A stretch of 39,756 nucleotides of DNA. Origin: a virus. Taxonomy: Duplodnaviria > Caudoviricetes. The notes under the pieces were generated by a model. That model was not told the origin of the DNA and made no database searches. It saw nothing but the letters and a program-made list of their open reading frames with translations. The stretch's first letter is position 1; every line of letters starts with the position of its first letter. Shown here one piece after another: positions 1 through 8,888 of this stretch. The position numbers were made by a program, and so were the translations under genes. The stretch is taken from IMG/VR virus record IMGVR_UViG_3300033405_000937, positions 1 through 39,756 of that record; one strand, 5' to 3'.

Positions 1-819
1 ATGCACGCCAAGTTTGAAGAGTTTTTACGCGAGCGTCAATACCTGCTCAATGTATCCCCAAAGACGCTGGACAACTACACCGGAGCCTTTGTTTGGCTCA
101 ATGTTGAGAACCCCACCCAAGCAGATGTTACTGACATGGTAGTCAGGATGCGTGAGGCTGGTAACGCTGCTACGTCGGTAAACAATCGGCTCCGCTGTGT
201 CCAAGCCTATATGCGCTGGCTGACGGGTACCGATGTCAAGCTTAAGAAGCTCAAGGAACCCCAGCGGGTGCCTCAGGTGTTCTCACAGTCCGACATTGCA
301 AAGATAGCTGCATACAAACCCCGATTAGATGGGCAGCACAGGCTTCAGGTGCTCTTACTCTTGCTGGCTGACACTGGCGTAAGGATAGGTGAGGCGCTGG
401 GGCTCCAGTGGGCTGATATCGACATGGACAACCTACTGCTCACGGTAGTAGGAAAAGGCGATAAACAGAGACGGGTTCCATTCAGCTACGAACTGCGAAA
501 GTACCTCTGGAGGTATAAGCAGCGGAAGAACACTCACTGGGTCTTTGAGAGTCGAGTCGGCACGCCGCTCATCGACCACGACGTGTACATGGATACCAAA
601 CTGCTCTGCACCCGGTTGGGTATAAAAGCACCGGAGAGACTGCTGCACGCCTTCCGGCATAGCTTCGCCACCAACTACGTGAGGATGGGCGGTTCGGTAT
701 TCGGATTACAACGGGCGCTGGGGCATAGTTCAATCCTGATGTCGCAGAGGTACACCCATCTGAACACGGCTGACTTATCGGCAGTCCATGAGCGCATCAC
801 CCTGCTTAAGCGTAAGTGA
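1..819 (+). CDS. int: Tyrosine recombinase / phage integrase (XerC/D-like)
   Basis: Catalytic motifs DTGVRIGE (R), GKGDKQR (K), HAFRH (HxxR), LGHS (H) and QRYTH (Y); N-terminal SAM-like core-binding region (SPKTLDNY). Confidence 0.95.
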   Translation: MHAKFEEFLRERQYLLNVSPKTLDNYTGAFVWLNVENPTQADVTDMVVRMREAGNAATSVNNRLRCVQAYMRWLTGTDVKLKKLKEPQRVPQVFSQSDIAKIAAYKPRLDGQHRLQVLLLLLADTGVRIGEALGLQWADIDMDNLLLTVVGKGDKQRRVPFSYELRKYLWRYKQRKNTHWVFESRVGTPLIDHDVYMDTKLLCTRLGIKAPERLLHAFRHSFATNYVRMGGSVFGLQRALGHSSILMSQRYTHLNTADLSAVHERITLLKRK

Positions 820-952
820 CCTTCGTGGGTTACTTCGGTGTCCTCCGGTTCGAGCAACGGTCCGGAGCCTGAGAACATCACATCTTAGAAGCGCGTCGTG
901 TAAGTGTTAGCGCACCTACACGACGCTGACCAAAGCGAAAGAGAGACTTTCG

Positions 953-1225
953 ATGGCTACCAAGAAGTTTATCATTCTGACTGCGCTGCTGCTCTTGCTC
1001 TCCGGACTCGCAGCCAACAAGGTGTGTGCCTGTAGCAACGGCAGGATGCCCGTGCTGGCCGAGGACATCAGCCCCGACCCCAACCATACCTCCTATTGTT
1101 CGGACACCCGCTATCCCTACCTGTGCGACTGGATAGAGTTCCAAGGCTATGCCTACAGCCTCGGCGACATCCTGATGTTGTCGAGCGTCGTTGTCCCCGT
1201 TATTATCCTCTGGAGGTCATTATGA
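953..1225 (+). CDS. Small membrane protein, DUF5317-like
   Basis: Two hydrophobic segments. Motifs N..NGRMPV, LCDWI and SLGDIL resemble the DUF5317 pattern as I recall it. Confidence 0.6.
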   Translation: MATKKFIILTALLLLLSGLAANKVCACSNGRMPVLAEDISPDPNHTSYCSDTRYPYLCDWIEFQGYAYSLGDILMLSSVVVPVIILWRSL

Positions 1226-1617
1226 TTACTGTGCACTTTCGCTGTGGACACCGCAAGTCCTTCCAAACCCCGGCGCTGGCGACCTTGTACTGCCAGCATC
1301 TGGATGGGTATCTAGAGGCACGCTTCGAGCTGCAGGGTGGAGACTACGTCCACACTGGCATGTGTGACTTCTGTGACTCGCAAGAGCGACTCCGCCAAGC
1401 AGCCATCACGGCAGTCAAGTCGGCACTCATCCGCGCTGGTGGAGAGGTGCCTCCGGGGGTGGAGTTGACCTATAGCTGCGGCCATACCCGCGACTTCGAG
1501 TCGCTCTCCGCGATGGTCGTCACCCACGAGTGGCGGAAGGACGGCACTATCATCGCCATGAATGATGGCAGCTACCGTTATGGTGCGCCTTGTGACGAGT
1601 GCACTAAAGGGGCATAA
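1222..1617 (+). CDS. Hypothetical protein with two CGH...CxxC putative zinc-binding repeats
   Basis: ATG at 1222 with GGAGG SD and ATGA overlap with the upstream stop. Repeats FRCGH...MCDFC and YSCGH...PCDEC. Confidence 0.7.
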   Translation: MITVHFRCGHRKSFQTPALATLYCQHLDGYLEARFELQGGDYVHTGMCDFCDSQERLRQAAITAVKSALIRAGGEVPPGVELTYSCGHTRDFESLSAMVVTHEWRKDGTIIAMNDGSYRYGAPCDECTKGA

Positions 1618-1653
1618 AAAGGAGGGGGCACCCCCATGGCAGGTAGGTGCCCC
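1616..1653 (-). terminator. Rho-independent terminator (minus strand)
   Basis: Minus strand reads GGGGCACC-13 nt-GGTGCCCC then CTCCTTTTT; lies at the end of the long minus-strand virion operon. Confidence 0.55.
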
Positions 1654-1697
1654 ACGCGACCCAACACAGGTCGCGCATACTTAAGGAGCTGATAGTC

Positions 1698-1856
1698 ATG
1701 TTTTATATACTTATCGCCATCGGAGCCGCTGCCTTCGTCTGGATTATCGAAGACGCGGTAAAGCGCATCGTCGCCGCCCTGAAGGATGTCCAGACAGCGG
1801 TCGAGAGTACTAACTACACCCTCGACCAGATGAAGGAAAAGAACCTACTCGGTTAG
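1698..1856 (+). CDS. 52-aa single-pass membrane peptide
   Basis: AAGGAG SD then ATG at 1698; N-terminal hydrophobic helix MFYILIAIGAAAFVWII followed by an amphipathic coil. Confidence 0.6.
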   Translation: MFYILIAIGAAAFVWIIEDAVKRIVAALKDVQTAVESTNYTLDQMKEKNLLG

Positions 1857-3494
1857 CCTGTGGTAGACGGGTCTTCCGACCCCGATAGCCGCCGCTCCAA
1901 TACCCGACCACTTGAGTATCGAGTTGATGAGGGTGGTGTACTTCAAGGCATGCACCCCGTTGGCCTGAGCCGTCCGTAGCGAGTCCATCAGGTAGTGCGC
2001 CCCCTCGGTACCCAACGCCTGTTCCAAGCGGTTGGTGACCCCGGTTGACCCCTCTATTAGCCTACCCTTGCCCGGTACATACTTGGTGCTGTCCCCCAGC
2101 TTCTGAAGTTGGATTATCAGCTTGTCCACATTGATGGCCTCAGGCTGACGCATCCCTGCGGTGACATCGCCGACGACGATGTTCTGATTTTTAAATATCT
2201 TGCCAACCTCTTCCAACGCCCGAGCTTTCTGCCATTGGGCGTCGGCTCCTTCGAGGTCGATGCCTTTCGCCTTCAAGGCTTCTTCGACCTTAGCGATGCG
2301 GTCAGTACTATCGTTGATAGCCTCAATGAGGTTTCCCCGCTGCGTGACATCTGCATCGGTGTTACCGAGCTGCAAGAGCTTACTCTTGTCAGTAGCCAAT
2401 TGCCGACGTTCGGCCTTCAGGTCGAAGCTGCTCTGTCCTAGAGCCTCGCCAGCCGCCTTGTCCACCGCCTGATACCTTACCTTGGCATCATTGGCAACTG
2501 ACTCCGTCAGGCTGTCAAACGCGCTGCGTACTGGTATCTTGCTTTCCAGTGTCGCCTTGAAGGTATCAGGGACAGTCGTTTGCGGGTGCTGACCCGATGC
2601 GACCATGTTATCTATCTGCGACTCGTCCATGTTGGCGATGTCTACGGTGTTGTGAATCAGCGACCGATTTCGCACCTGATTTAGCTCTGACATTGGGTCG
2701 GCGGTATTGTAGAGTTTTTTGACTGCCCCGTAGCCCTCGCCTAGCGCCTGACCGCCAGCTCCGAAGGCCGCGCCATACTCGGCTCCGGTAACCGCTCCGT
2801 CTACGCCGTCATGGATGCCGCCGACCGCTCCGCCTACCACTCCACCTTTGATACCCGCTTCTACGATACGAGCCAGCCTCGGGTATTGCTCAAAGAACTG
2901 CATGGCTTTCCCCGCCTCCGCCAGCTTGGCTGAGGTAGAGAGTCCTTTGAGGGCTCCATCGCCCATCGCAAATTCCAACAGGGTCTCCCCGGTGGCTCCG
3001 AGCTGCTCTCGGTCGCCCTGCGGCTTAAGCGCGGCGTCGGCTTGGTCTGCTGCTTGCTTGCCGCCGCTGATACCCGTGTGACGCTGGATAGCTCTCGGTA
3101 CAGCGGTCAAAGTCTGAGCCGCCGACTTACCCGCGCCCCTTACAATACCTTCGGATGCATACTTCTCCTGCTCCGCTTGCTGTGGATTCAGAGAAGCCTG
3201 ACGCTGCCGCGCCCGAGCCATGGTGTCGGCGAAGCTCTCCCCCGGCATCGGGGTCACTACCTGATAGCCATCCTGCTGCGATAGTCCTGCTCCTGCTGCA
3301 TCCCCATTGGTAGGCTGGAAGCTATTCGGGTCATAAGAGGTAGGCTGCGCGTAGTTAGTCACCGGGTGGCTGGCGACGAGCTGCGGCTTACCCTGCGGTG
3401 CAACAGGAGCCTGAGCAGGGCGTGCTTGCTGTGCCTGTTGTTGGGCTCCGCTTAGCGGTACGAAACTATTTGGGTCGAACGTTAACTCACCCAT
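1845..3494 (-). CDS. Putative internal virion / DNA ejection protein
   Basis: Last gene of the virion operon; Ala/Gly/Gln-rich, with glycine-zipper-like GGVVGGAVGG and a C-terminal hydrophobic helix. Call rests on position and composition. Confidence 0.6.
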   Translation of the reverse strand: MGELTFDPNSFVPLSGAQQQAQQARPAQAPVAPQGKPQLVASHPVTNYAQPTSYDPNSFQPTNGDAAGAGLSQQDGYQVVTPMPGESFADTMARARQRQASLNPQQAEQEKYASEGIVRGAGKSAAQTLTAVPRAIQRHTGISGGKQAADQADAALKPQGDREQLGATGETLLEFAMGDGALKGLSTSAKLAEAGKAMQFFEQYPRLARIVEAGIKGGVVGGAVGGIHDGVDGAVTGAEYGAAFGAGGQALGEGYGAVKKLYNTADPMSELNQVRNRSLIHNTVDIANMDESQIDNMVASGQHPQTTVPDTFKATLESKIPVRSAFDSLTESVANDAKVRYQAVDKAAGEALGQSSFDLKAERRQLATDKSKLLQLGNTDADVTQRGNLIEAINDSTDRIAKVEEALKAKGIDLEGADAQWQKARALEEVGKIFKNQNIVVGDVTAGMRQPEAINVDKLIIQLQKLGDSTKYVPGKGRLIEGSTGVTNRLEQALGTEGAHYLMDSLRTAQANGVHALKYTTLINSILKWSGIGAAAIGVGRPVYHRLTE

Positions 3495-5689
3495 TACTTA
3501 TCATCCTTTCCAGCCTTGTTCTTCAGGGCGTTGAGCGCCTCTTGCATCTGCTCGATGGTGTTATCGATTTTTACAAGCTGGGGACCGCGTTGACGTGGAG
3601 TTACCTGCTGCTGCTGCAGACTGGTCTTCTTGTCTTTAGCGTCAATCTCCTTGGCAAAGCCTGAACGACCACGGTCGAGACCGTTCTCATCCTTAGGCTC
3701 AGGCATCTGCCTGACGTTCCCGGCCTTGTTCTTCAACTCGGCCAGCGCATCCTGCAGTATTTTTACCTGCTTCGCTTGCGCTTCCCGGTCACTCGCCTTC
3801 TGTACTTCGGTGGCTTTAACCCCCGACGCCTTATCCAGCTTGTCGGACTCCTCTACCGACTTGACCTTGACGGGCTCAAGTCGTGGGTTTTCTTGGCTGT
3901 GAGCTTCCCGCCATGCCTTAATCTCTGCCTCAGTGGGCATCGGTTGCTCAGGCATCCGGAATGGATTCGGCGGTGGTATCGGTAGCGGCTTCTGGTACGG
4001 TCCTTCGCCTTTGTACCTTCGGGCGTACTCTCGCTGCGCCTCGTCTCGATAGTCTTCCGGAGGAAGGTGAGGAGCGGGTTTTTGGTCGGTAGAGGTATGA
4101 GGGTCATGGGGACTCCATGTTCGGTCTACACCGTTATTGAGTTTGGCTCCCGGTCCTACCCCCGGCTTGAATTCACCTTCCGGTTCTGTGACCCGTAGAT
4201 TTTCTAACCTCCGCATGCGCTCTTCTTGGACGTCCAAGTCTTCGACAGGAACGCCTGTACCGCGCCACGGGAGCCGCGTCGATTCTGCTCCGCGAGTCAG
4301 ACCTTCGAGACCGTCGCCAGAGTAATCCCCGCTGGCAGGAGCTGCAGCTTGACGGCTACCGTTCTCCAGCTCCATGTCGCCGCTACCATAGACACCACCG
4401 CTCACATGGTCTGGGTTAAGTCCCGGATTCGGCGTGGTGACGTTCTGTGGTGGCTCCGCTGAGTAATAGTCGTTGGGCTTGCTGGTATCCACCACCGGGC
4501 GCTCCATCTCAGGCTTTCCTGCGGAGTACTGCGGTGCTGGCTTACCCTCATGGACTATCTCGTCGGGGTTAGCCCCGGCATAGACGGTGTTACCCTTCTT
4601 ATTTGCAGCCTTGGTCGCATCGTCGGCCTTGACAAACTTACCCTGCTCCTTCTGGGCGGCGATAATCTGCTGCTTTAGCTTCATCGCCTCTTCATCAAGC
4701 TTCGCGGCGACTCCCCAGTTACCCTCTTTCATCGCCTTGGCGTAGTTAAGGTAGGTCTGCCTGAACTGCTCCGCCATCTCGGGGATTGCTACCACCTTGG
4801 TCGGCGGAGCTATGTCCGCAGCCGGGTCGTAGTGGATGTCCTTACTAGCATCGAACGGAGTCTTCGGTATTTTTTCTTCGACCATACCAGCGGTATGGCG
4901 CAGCCAATTCTGCTGCTGCTCAAACGGCGTGTACGGTTGGTCGAGCTGCAGTGGGGTGTATACATGCTGCTGTGGCTCGGGCAGATTCTTGTAGTAGTTA
5001 TAGAGTTCCTTGGCCGAGGCTACGGTCGCATCGGCTACCGCATCTCCCTGCTTGATTCCCTCAGGCATTCCCAGAAAGGAGGTAGCCTGACCTGCGGCGT
5101 TCATCGCCTGTGGGTTAAAGGGTTCAGTGCCCCCCGACTCCGCCTTCTGCACGATTTGTCCGGCGATAGGTATCTGCTCCGCTACCTTCAAGGTATTCCC
5201 GGCGACTGAGGCTTCCCCCCTACCATGGGCAACATCTGCCACGGTGTCCCATAGCTTGTCGTACTGGTCACTCAGCGCGTTGCCAGCCTGTATCGGATGG
5301 GTAGCCATGCCGTACATGCCTTGCGCAATGCCACCGACTCCTTCGACCAACAAGCCGTGGCCAAACTGGTACTCGCGCTCTCCTAACGCGGAGAAGTTGT
5401 CAACGACCGAGTGCAACGCCGCTGCGAAGCGGGGATGCGATTCGAAGAACTGCATGATTTGCCCGGTCTGCTCTACCTTTTGCGAGGTAGGCAGGTTTTT
5501 CATCTCCGGGTCGGCCATGACGAACTTGGCAAGCTTCTCGTGGCTTACAGCGGGTTGTACCTGCTGGTTAGGCTGCGCCTGTTGCGTCGGTTGCGTGGTA
5601 CCCTGCGCGGCGGAGGCCAACTGTTGGTTGACAGGGTGGCTCGCCGCCAGAGGCACGAATGAGGTGGGGTCGAACGTTAGGTTAGCCAT
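3494..5689 (-). CDS. Putative internal virion / DNA ejection protein
   Basis: Position after the nozzle; N-terminus is paralogous to 1845..3494; long Pro/charged low-complexity C-terminal half. Confidence 0.55.
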   Translation of the reverse strand: MANLTFDPTSFVPLAASHPVNQQLASAAQGTTQPTQQAQPNQQVQPAVSHEKLAKFVMADPEMKNLPTSQKVEQTGQIMQFFESHPRFAAALHSVVDNFSALGEREYQFGHGLLVEGVGGIAQGMYGMATHPIQAGNALSDQYDKLWDTVADVAHGRGEASVAGNTLKVAEQIPIAGQIVQKAESGGTEPFNPQAMNAAGQATSFLGMPEGIKQGDAVADATVASAKELYNYYKNLPEPQQHVYTPLQLDQPYTPFEQQQNWLRHTAGMVEEKIPKTPFDASKDIHYDPAADIAPPTKVVAIPEMAEQFRQTYLNYAKAMKEGNWGVAAKLDEEAMKLKQQIIAAQKEQGKFVKADDATKAANKKGNTVYAGANPDEIVHEGKPAPQYSAGKPEMERPVVDTSKPNDYYSAEPPQNVTTPNPGLNPDHVSGGVYGSGDMELENGSRQAAAPASGDYSGDGLEGLTRGAESTRLPWRGTGVPVEDLDVQEERMRRLENLRVTEPEGEFKPGVGPGAKLNNGVDRTWSPHDPHTSTDQKPAPHLPPEDYRDEAQREYARRYKGEGPYQKPLPIPPPNPFRMPEQPMPTEAEIKAWREAHSQENPRLEPVKVKSVEESDKLDKASGVKATEVQKASDREAQAKQVKILQDALAELKNKAGNVRQMPEPKDENGLDRGRSGFAKEIDAKDKKTSLQQQQVTPRQRGPQLVKIDNTIEQMQEALNALKNKAGKDDK

Positions 5690-7674
5690 TACTCTGCCAC
5701 CGCTGGTTCGCCGTTATTCATGATGGGTGTGCGTCCGTCCGCTGACCAGTAGTTACGGCCATCGCTACCCCGGATGTAACCTCGGGCTCCCTGTGGAGGA
5801 ATCTGGGCTTGCATGTGACGGTTGTTCTCAGCCACTGCCTTATCCAGCGTGGTGATTGACCCATCCCGATAAGTCGCCGGAACCTGCGCAGCCGGAATCC
5901 TGTGACCATTGCTGGTCACCTGAGCGCCCTGTAGCGCCTTGGTGTAGGCGTTGTCTTGTAGAATGTCGGCCAGCTTCTGACCCTCGGCGACGAGCTGCGG
6001 GGACATCTTCCCGGTGGTAGCCTTAGTGAGCCATGCGTTGAACTGCTCCGCCCATCCGCCCGGTAAGTTAGCCGCTTGAGCTTCGGCGGGGGAGATGCGA
6101 TGCACACCTTGGCTGACGTTGATGCCTAGAACCGCCATGGTGGGCGCGAACGAGGTCATCAAGCCATTACCATCCTTGGCGGCGGTAAGACCTGCGCGGA
6201 GCTGGTTAGTGCTCTGTACCGTGTTCAGGTAGCCATGCTGCGGGTCAGTCCATAGCTTCTCGTTGGCGGTAAGTCCCGCGTTGGCAAAGGCCGCTTCCTT
6301 ATTCGAGGCCGCTTGAATCCGAGCCGCCGAGATGGTAGCGTTCTTCATCTCATACCTATTAGCCGCTTGCATGACCGCCTGTTGAACCTTGTCCAGCTCA
6401 TCGACGGTGCGTGCCTGAGTACCCTCCGCCAGATACCCTTGACGTTCCTTAGGCGGGATAACATTGAGGCTAGAGACTGTCTTAGCGAAGGCAGCAAGTA
6501 CCCCTTGTGAGGGCGGCTGTACCTTAAGCTGCGCGTCCTTGGTCTGGGCGATGTCCTTGGCGTCTTGGTTAGCCTTCAAACCACCCGCGACTAACGTCGC
6601 CAAGGGTCCGACGACCGACATGTGCATCATGTGCACATCGAGGGTAGAAGGCATCGGGGCTCCGTTCTTCTGAGCGGCGGCGAGGGCATTCGAAAAGTTC
6701 TGGAACTGACCCTGTAGCTGCTTGACCTGCGGGTCATCGCCCAAGCCCAACTGCTGTGCCTGTGCCAGCATGCTTTTAACTTCCGCCTGAGAGGTACTAA
6801 TCTGGCGGGGGGTGGCTGGCATCTTCATGTACGCGGAGTCATTCGGTACGGCTACCGTCGAAGTACCATTGCCATGCGTGTTATCGTTGTGGGTCGTCAG
6901 GAAGGTATAGTCGGTCATCGACTTACCCGCTGGGATACTGCTCTGGATAGCCTTCATCACATCAGCCGTCCGCATATCCCCGGTCGAGGGTACGGTAAAG
7001 GCTCCCGGCTGGTTGGCCGCATCGCCGATACCCATCCGCTGCTTGGCTTGCGCAGACTGGGCGGGGTCGTCCATGTCGTAGCCCATCTTCGAGCCTTCGT
7101 CATAAGTCTTGGTGAAGGCATCCACGGTAGAGTTCAACAGGCTTAACTGCGCCTGTTTAATCTCCATCGGGAAGGTCAGCAGACTCTTCTGCAGGTTAAT
7201 CTCGTTGATGTGCATCTGCGCGGTCATCGACTTGATGCGGATGTCGGACTCTTGCTTCTGCTGTTCCGCTTGCTGCTTCTGAATCTGCTCCCGCTGTTGT
7301 TCGGCGTAGTACTGCTGTACGTCCTGCACACCACCCTCTTTACCGTGGGTGGCAATAGCCTTACCAAAGGCTCCGACGCCAACGAACAGTCCCTGCAGCA
7401 TGGACATCAGACGGGCATGCGGCTGGTCAGGAGAAATAGGTGTGGGCTGAGGAGCTGGCATCCCGACCTGTGAAGGTCCGGCAGCGGCCTGAGTCTGCAT
7501 CGGGTTGCCAATGCTGTTGTACTGGTCGATGGGGGTGGAGTTGGCCACCGCATTCACCGCTGTGTTATCCATAGCCGGAACGTTAGCGTCGGCGACTCCC
7601 TGTCCCATCTGGTTCGGGATGTTGTTTACCGCCGAGATATTCTGGTCGGCTGGGGTTGCGATTGGTTCAGCCAT
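5689..7674 (-). CDS. Putative internal virion / DNA ejection protein
   Basis: Gln/Ala-rich helical protein with an N-terminal amphipathic segment (LMSMLQGLFVGVGAFG); translationally coupled to its neighbours. Confidence 0.6.
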   Translation of the reverse strand: MAEPIATPADQNISAVNNIPNQMGQGVADANVPAMDNTAVNAVANSTPIDQYNSIGNPMQTQAAAGPSQVGMPAPQPTPISPDQPHARLMSMLQGLFVGVGAFGKAIATHGKEGGVQDVQQYYAEQQREQIQKQQAEQQKQESDIRIKSMTAQMHINEINLQKSLLTFPMEIKQAQLSLLNSTVDAFTKTYDEGSKMGYDMDDPAQSAQAKQRMGIGDAANQPGAFTVPSTGDMRTADVMKAIQSSIPAGKSMTDYTFLTTHNDNTHGNGTSTVAVPNDSAYMKMPATPRQISTSQAEVKSMLAQAQQLGLGDDPQVKQLQGQFQNFSNALAAAQKNGAPMPSTLDVHMMHMSVVGPLATLVAGGLKANQDAKDIAQTKDAQLKVQPPSQGVLAAFAKTVSSLNVIPPKERQGYLAEGTQARTVDELDKVQQAVMQAANRYEMKNATISAARIQAASNKEAAFANAGLTANEKLWTDPQHGYLNTVQSTNQLRAGLTAAKDGNGLMTSFAPTMAVLGINVSQGVHRISPAEAQAANLPGGWAEQFNAWLTKATTGKMSPQLVAEGQKLADILQDNAYTKALQGAQVTSNGHRIPAAQVPATYRDGSITTLDKAVAENNRHMQAQIPPQGARGYIRGSDGRNYWSADGRTPIMNNGEPAVAE

Positions 7675-7675
7675 G

Positions 7676-8389
7676 TTAGTTACCCTCCATCTTTCCGACG
7701 CCTGTCATGGCGCTCCCTGCAGCCATACCCATACCTGCGATACCGCTCATCATGCCGCCCACATCCTGCCACCCAGCCTGTTCCTCGCTGAGTACAGCGT
7801 TAGCTGCATTGGTGGTGGCGTTGGAGCTGCTCGAAGCTGCCCCGGCATACCCGGTGGGGTTATACGCGGCGGCAGTGTTACCGAGAGCGGAGATACCAGC
7901 CCAGTAGTTCTGCTGTTGGCGCTCGGCGTTGGAGATGGCAATGGTGTTCTGCTCATTGCTCTCGGTCGATGCCTCAGCGGCGTCGATGCCACCCATAAGC
8001 TGGCCAGTAACTCCAGAGGCGACATCACCGCCATACCTTGCAGCCGAGGCACCTGCGGCACCCCGTGCTTCGCTAAACTGGCGGGACGTGGTATCCATGG
8101 CTCCTGTCCGGAGAGCGTCTAGCTCCGGGGTGGAGTAACCTTGCGGCTTAGCTATCTGCGCGTTCAGGGCGGTGGTGAGGTTATTGAGAATCGCTTGGTT
8201 TTTGCCGAACGATATCGAGTAGTCCGCCTGTAGCGTCTTGGTCATCGCTAGAGTTGCGTCTTCATTTTCTTTCTCGTCAGGGTCAGCCGATGAGCAACAG
8301 AGCATAACTAAACCCGTGTACTCATAGGTCTCCGCAGGAAGCCACGTCATTGTTTCCATGTCTAAAGTCGGATTGATTGTTATACGCAT
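7676..8389 (-). CDS. Putative small ejection (pilot) protein, P22 gp7-like position
   Basis: N-terminal YEYTGLVMLC leader, Ala/Ser/Gln-rich body and Gly-rich hydrophobic C-terminus; first of the ejection cluster. Confidence 0.6.
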   Translation of the reverse strand: MRITINPTLDMETMTWLPAETYEYTGLVMLCCSSADPDEKENEDATLAMTKTLQADYSISFGKNQAILNNLTTALNAQIAKPQGYSTPELDALRTGAMDTTSRQFSEARGAAGASAARYGGDVASGVTGQLMGGIDAAEASTESNEQNTIAISNAERQQQNYWAGISALGNTAAAYNPTGYAGAASSSSNATTNAANAVLSEEQAGWQDVGGMMSGIAGMGMAAGSAMTGVGKMEGN

Positions 8390-8883
8390 AACAGCTCCTT
8401 AAAGGGATTGACTAGTGGGGTAACGCGGAACTTGAAGGTGGTGCGAGACTCAGGCTCGAAGCCATGCTTCAGCGCCCACTTGCCGATGGGGTAATCCTTG
8501 GAGGTCTGTACGGTTATCTCGCGGATGCCATGGTCATAGGCGAACTCCGCCGCACACCAAAGCATCTTCTCCAGTGCCTTGAGGCGTTCTTTCCCGGTAA
8601 CCTCCGGGTTGAAGCCGATGAAGCCTAAATTAAGCTGGCAGTAGAAGGGGGCGTAGAGAGCTACCTTACCCTTGTGTTCAATGACAAAGGACTTGGCGGT
8701 GGGGTTGTTCTCCCCCATAATCGCCACGATGTCCTTGCGGGGTATCTTGTTATTGTTGAGTGTCCAGTCGGCGAAGTCTGAGGAATCTTCTTCTGCGGCG
8801 AGCCGGAATGTCCACGTTTCCGTGGGGTTCTCAACTTCGGTGGTAGGAATTTCTTGAATGGAGTCCATACCTATGGACTCCAT
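8380..8883 (-). CDS. GNAT-fold virion assembly protein (T7 gp13 / P22 gp14-like position)
   Basis: GNAT-like pattern FRLAAEED...FVIEHKGK...AYDHGIREITV...ALKHGFEP; lies between nozzle and ejection genes. Confidence 0.6.
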   Translation of the reverse strand: MESIGMDSIQEIPTTEVENPTETWTFRLAAEEDSSDFADWTLNNNKIPRKDIVAIMGENNPTAKSFVIEHKGKVALYAPFYCQLNLGFIGFNPEVTGKERLKALEKMLWCAAEFAYDHGIREITVQTSKDYPIGKWALKHGFEPESRTTFKFRVTPLVNPFKELLCV

Positions 8884-8888
8884 AGTTG

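Noticed and set aside
8380-8883. GNAT toxin or partner of the Mom system
   Set aside because: Its position between nozzle and ejection genes matches the common podovirus assembly GNAT-like gene; no antitoxin or link to mom is visible.
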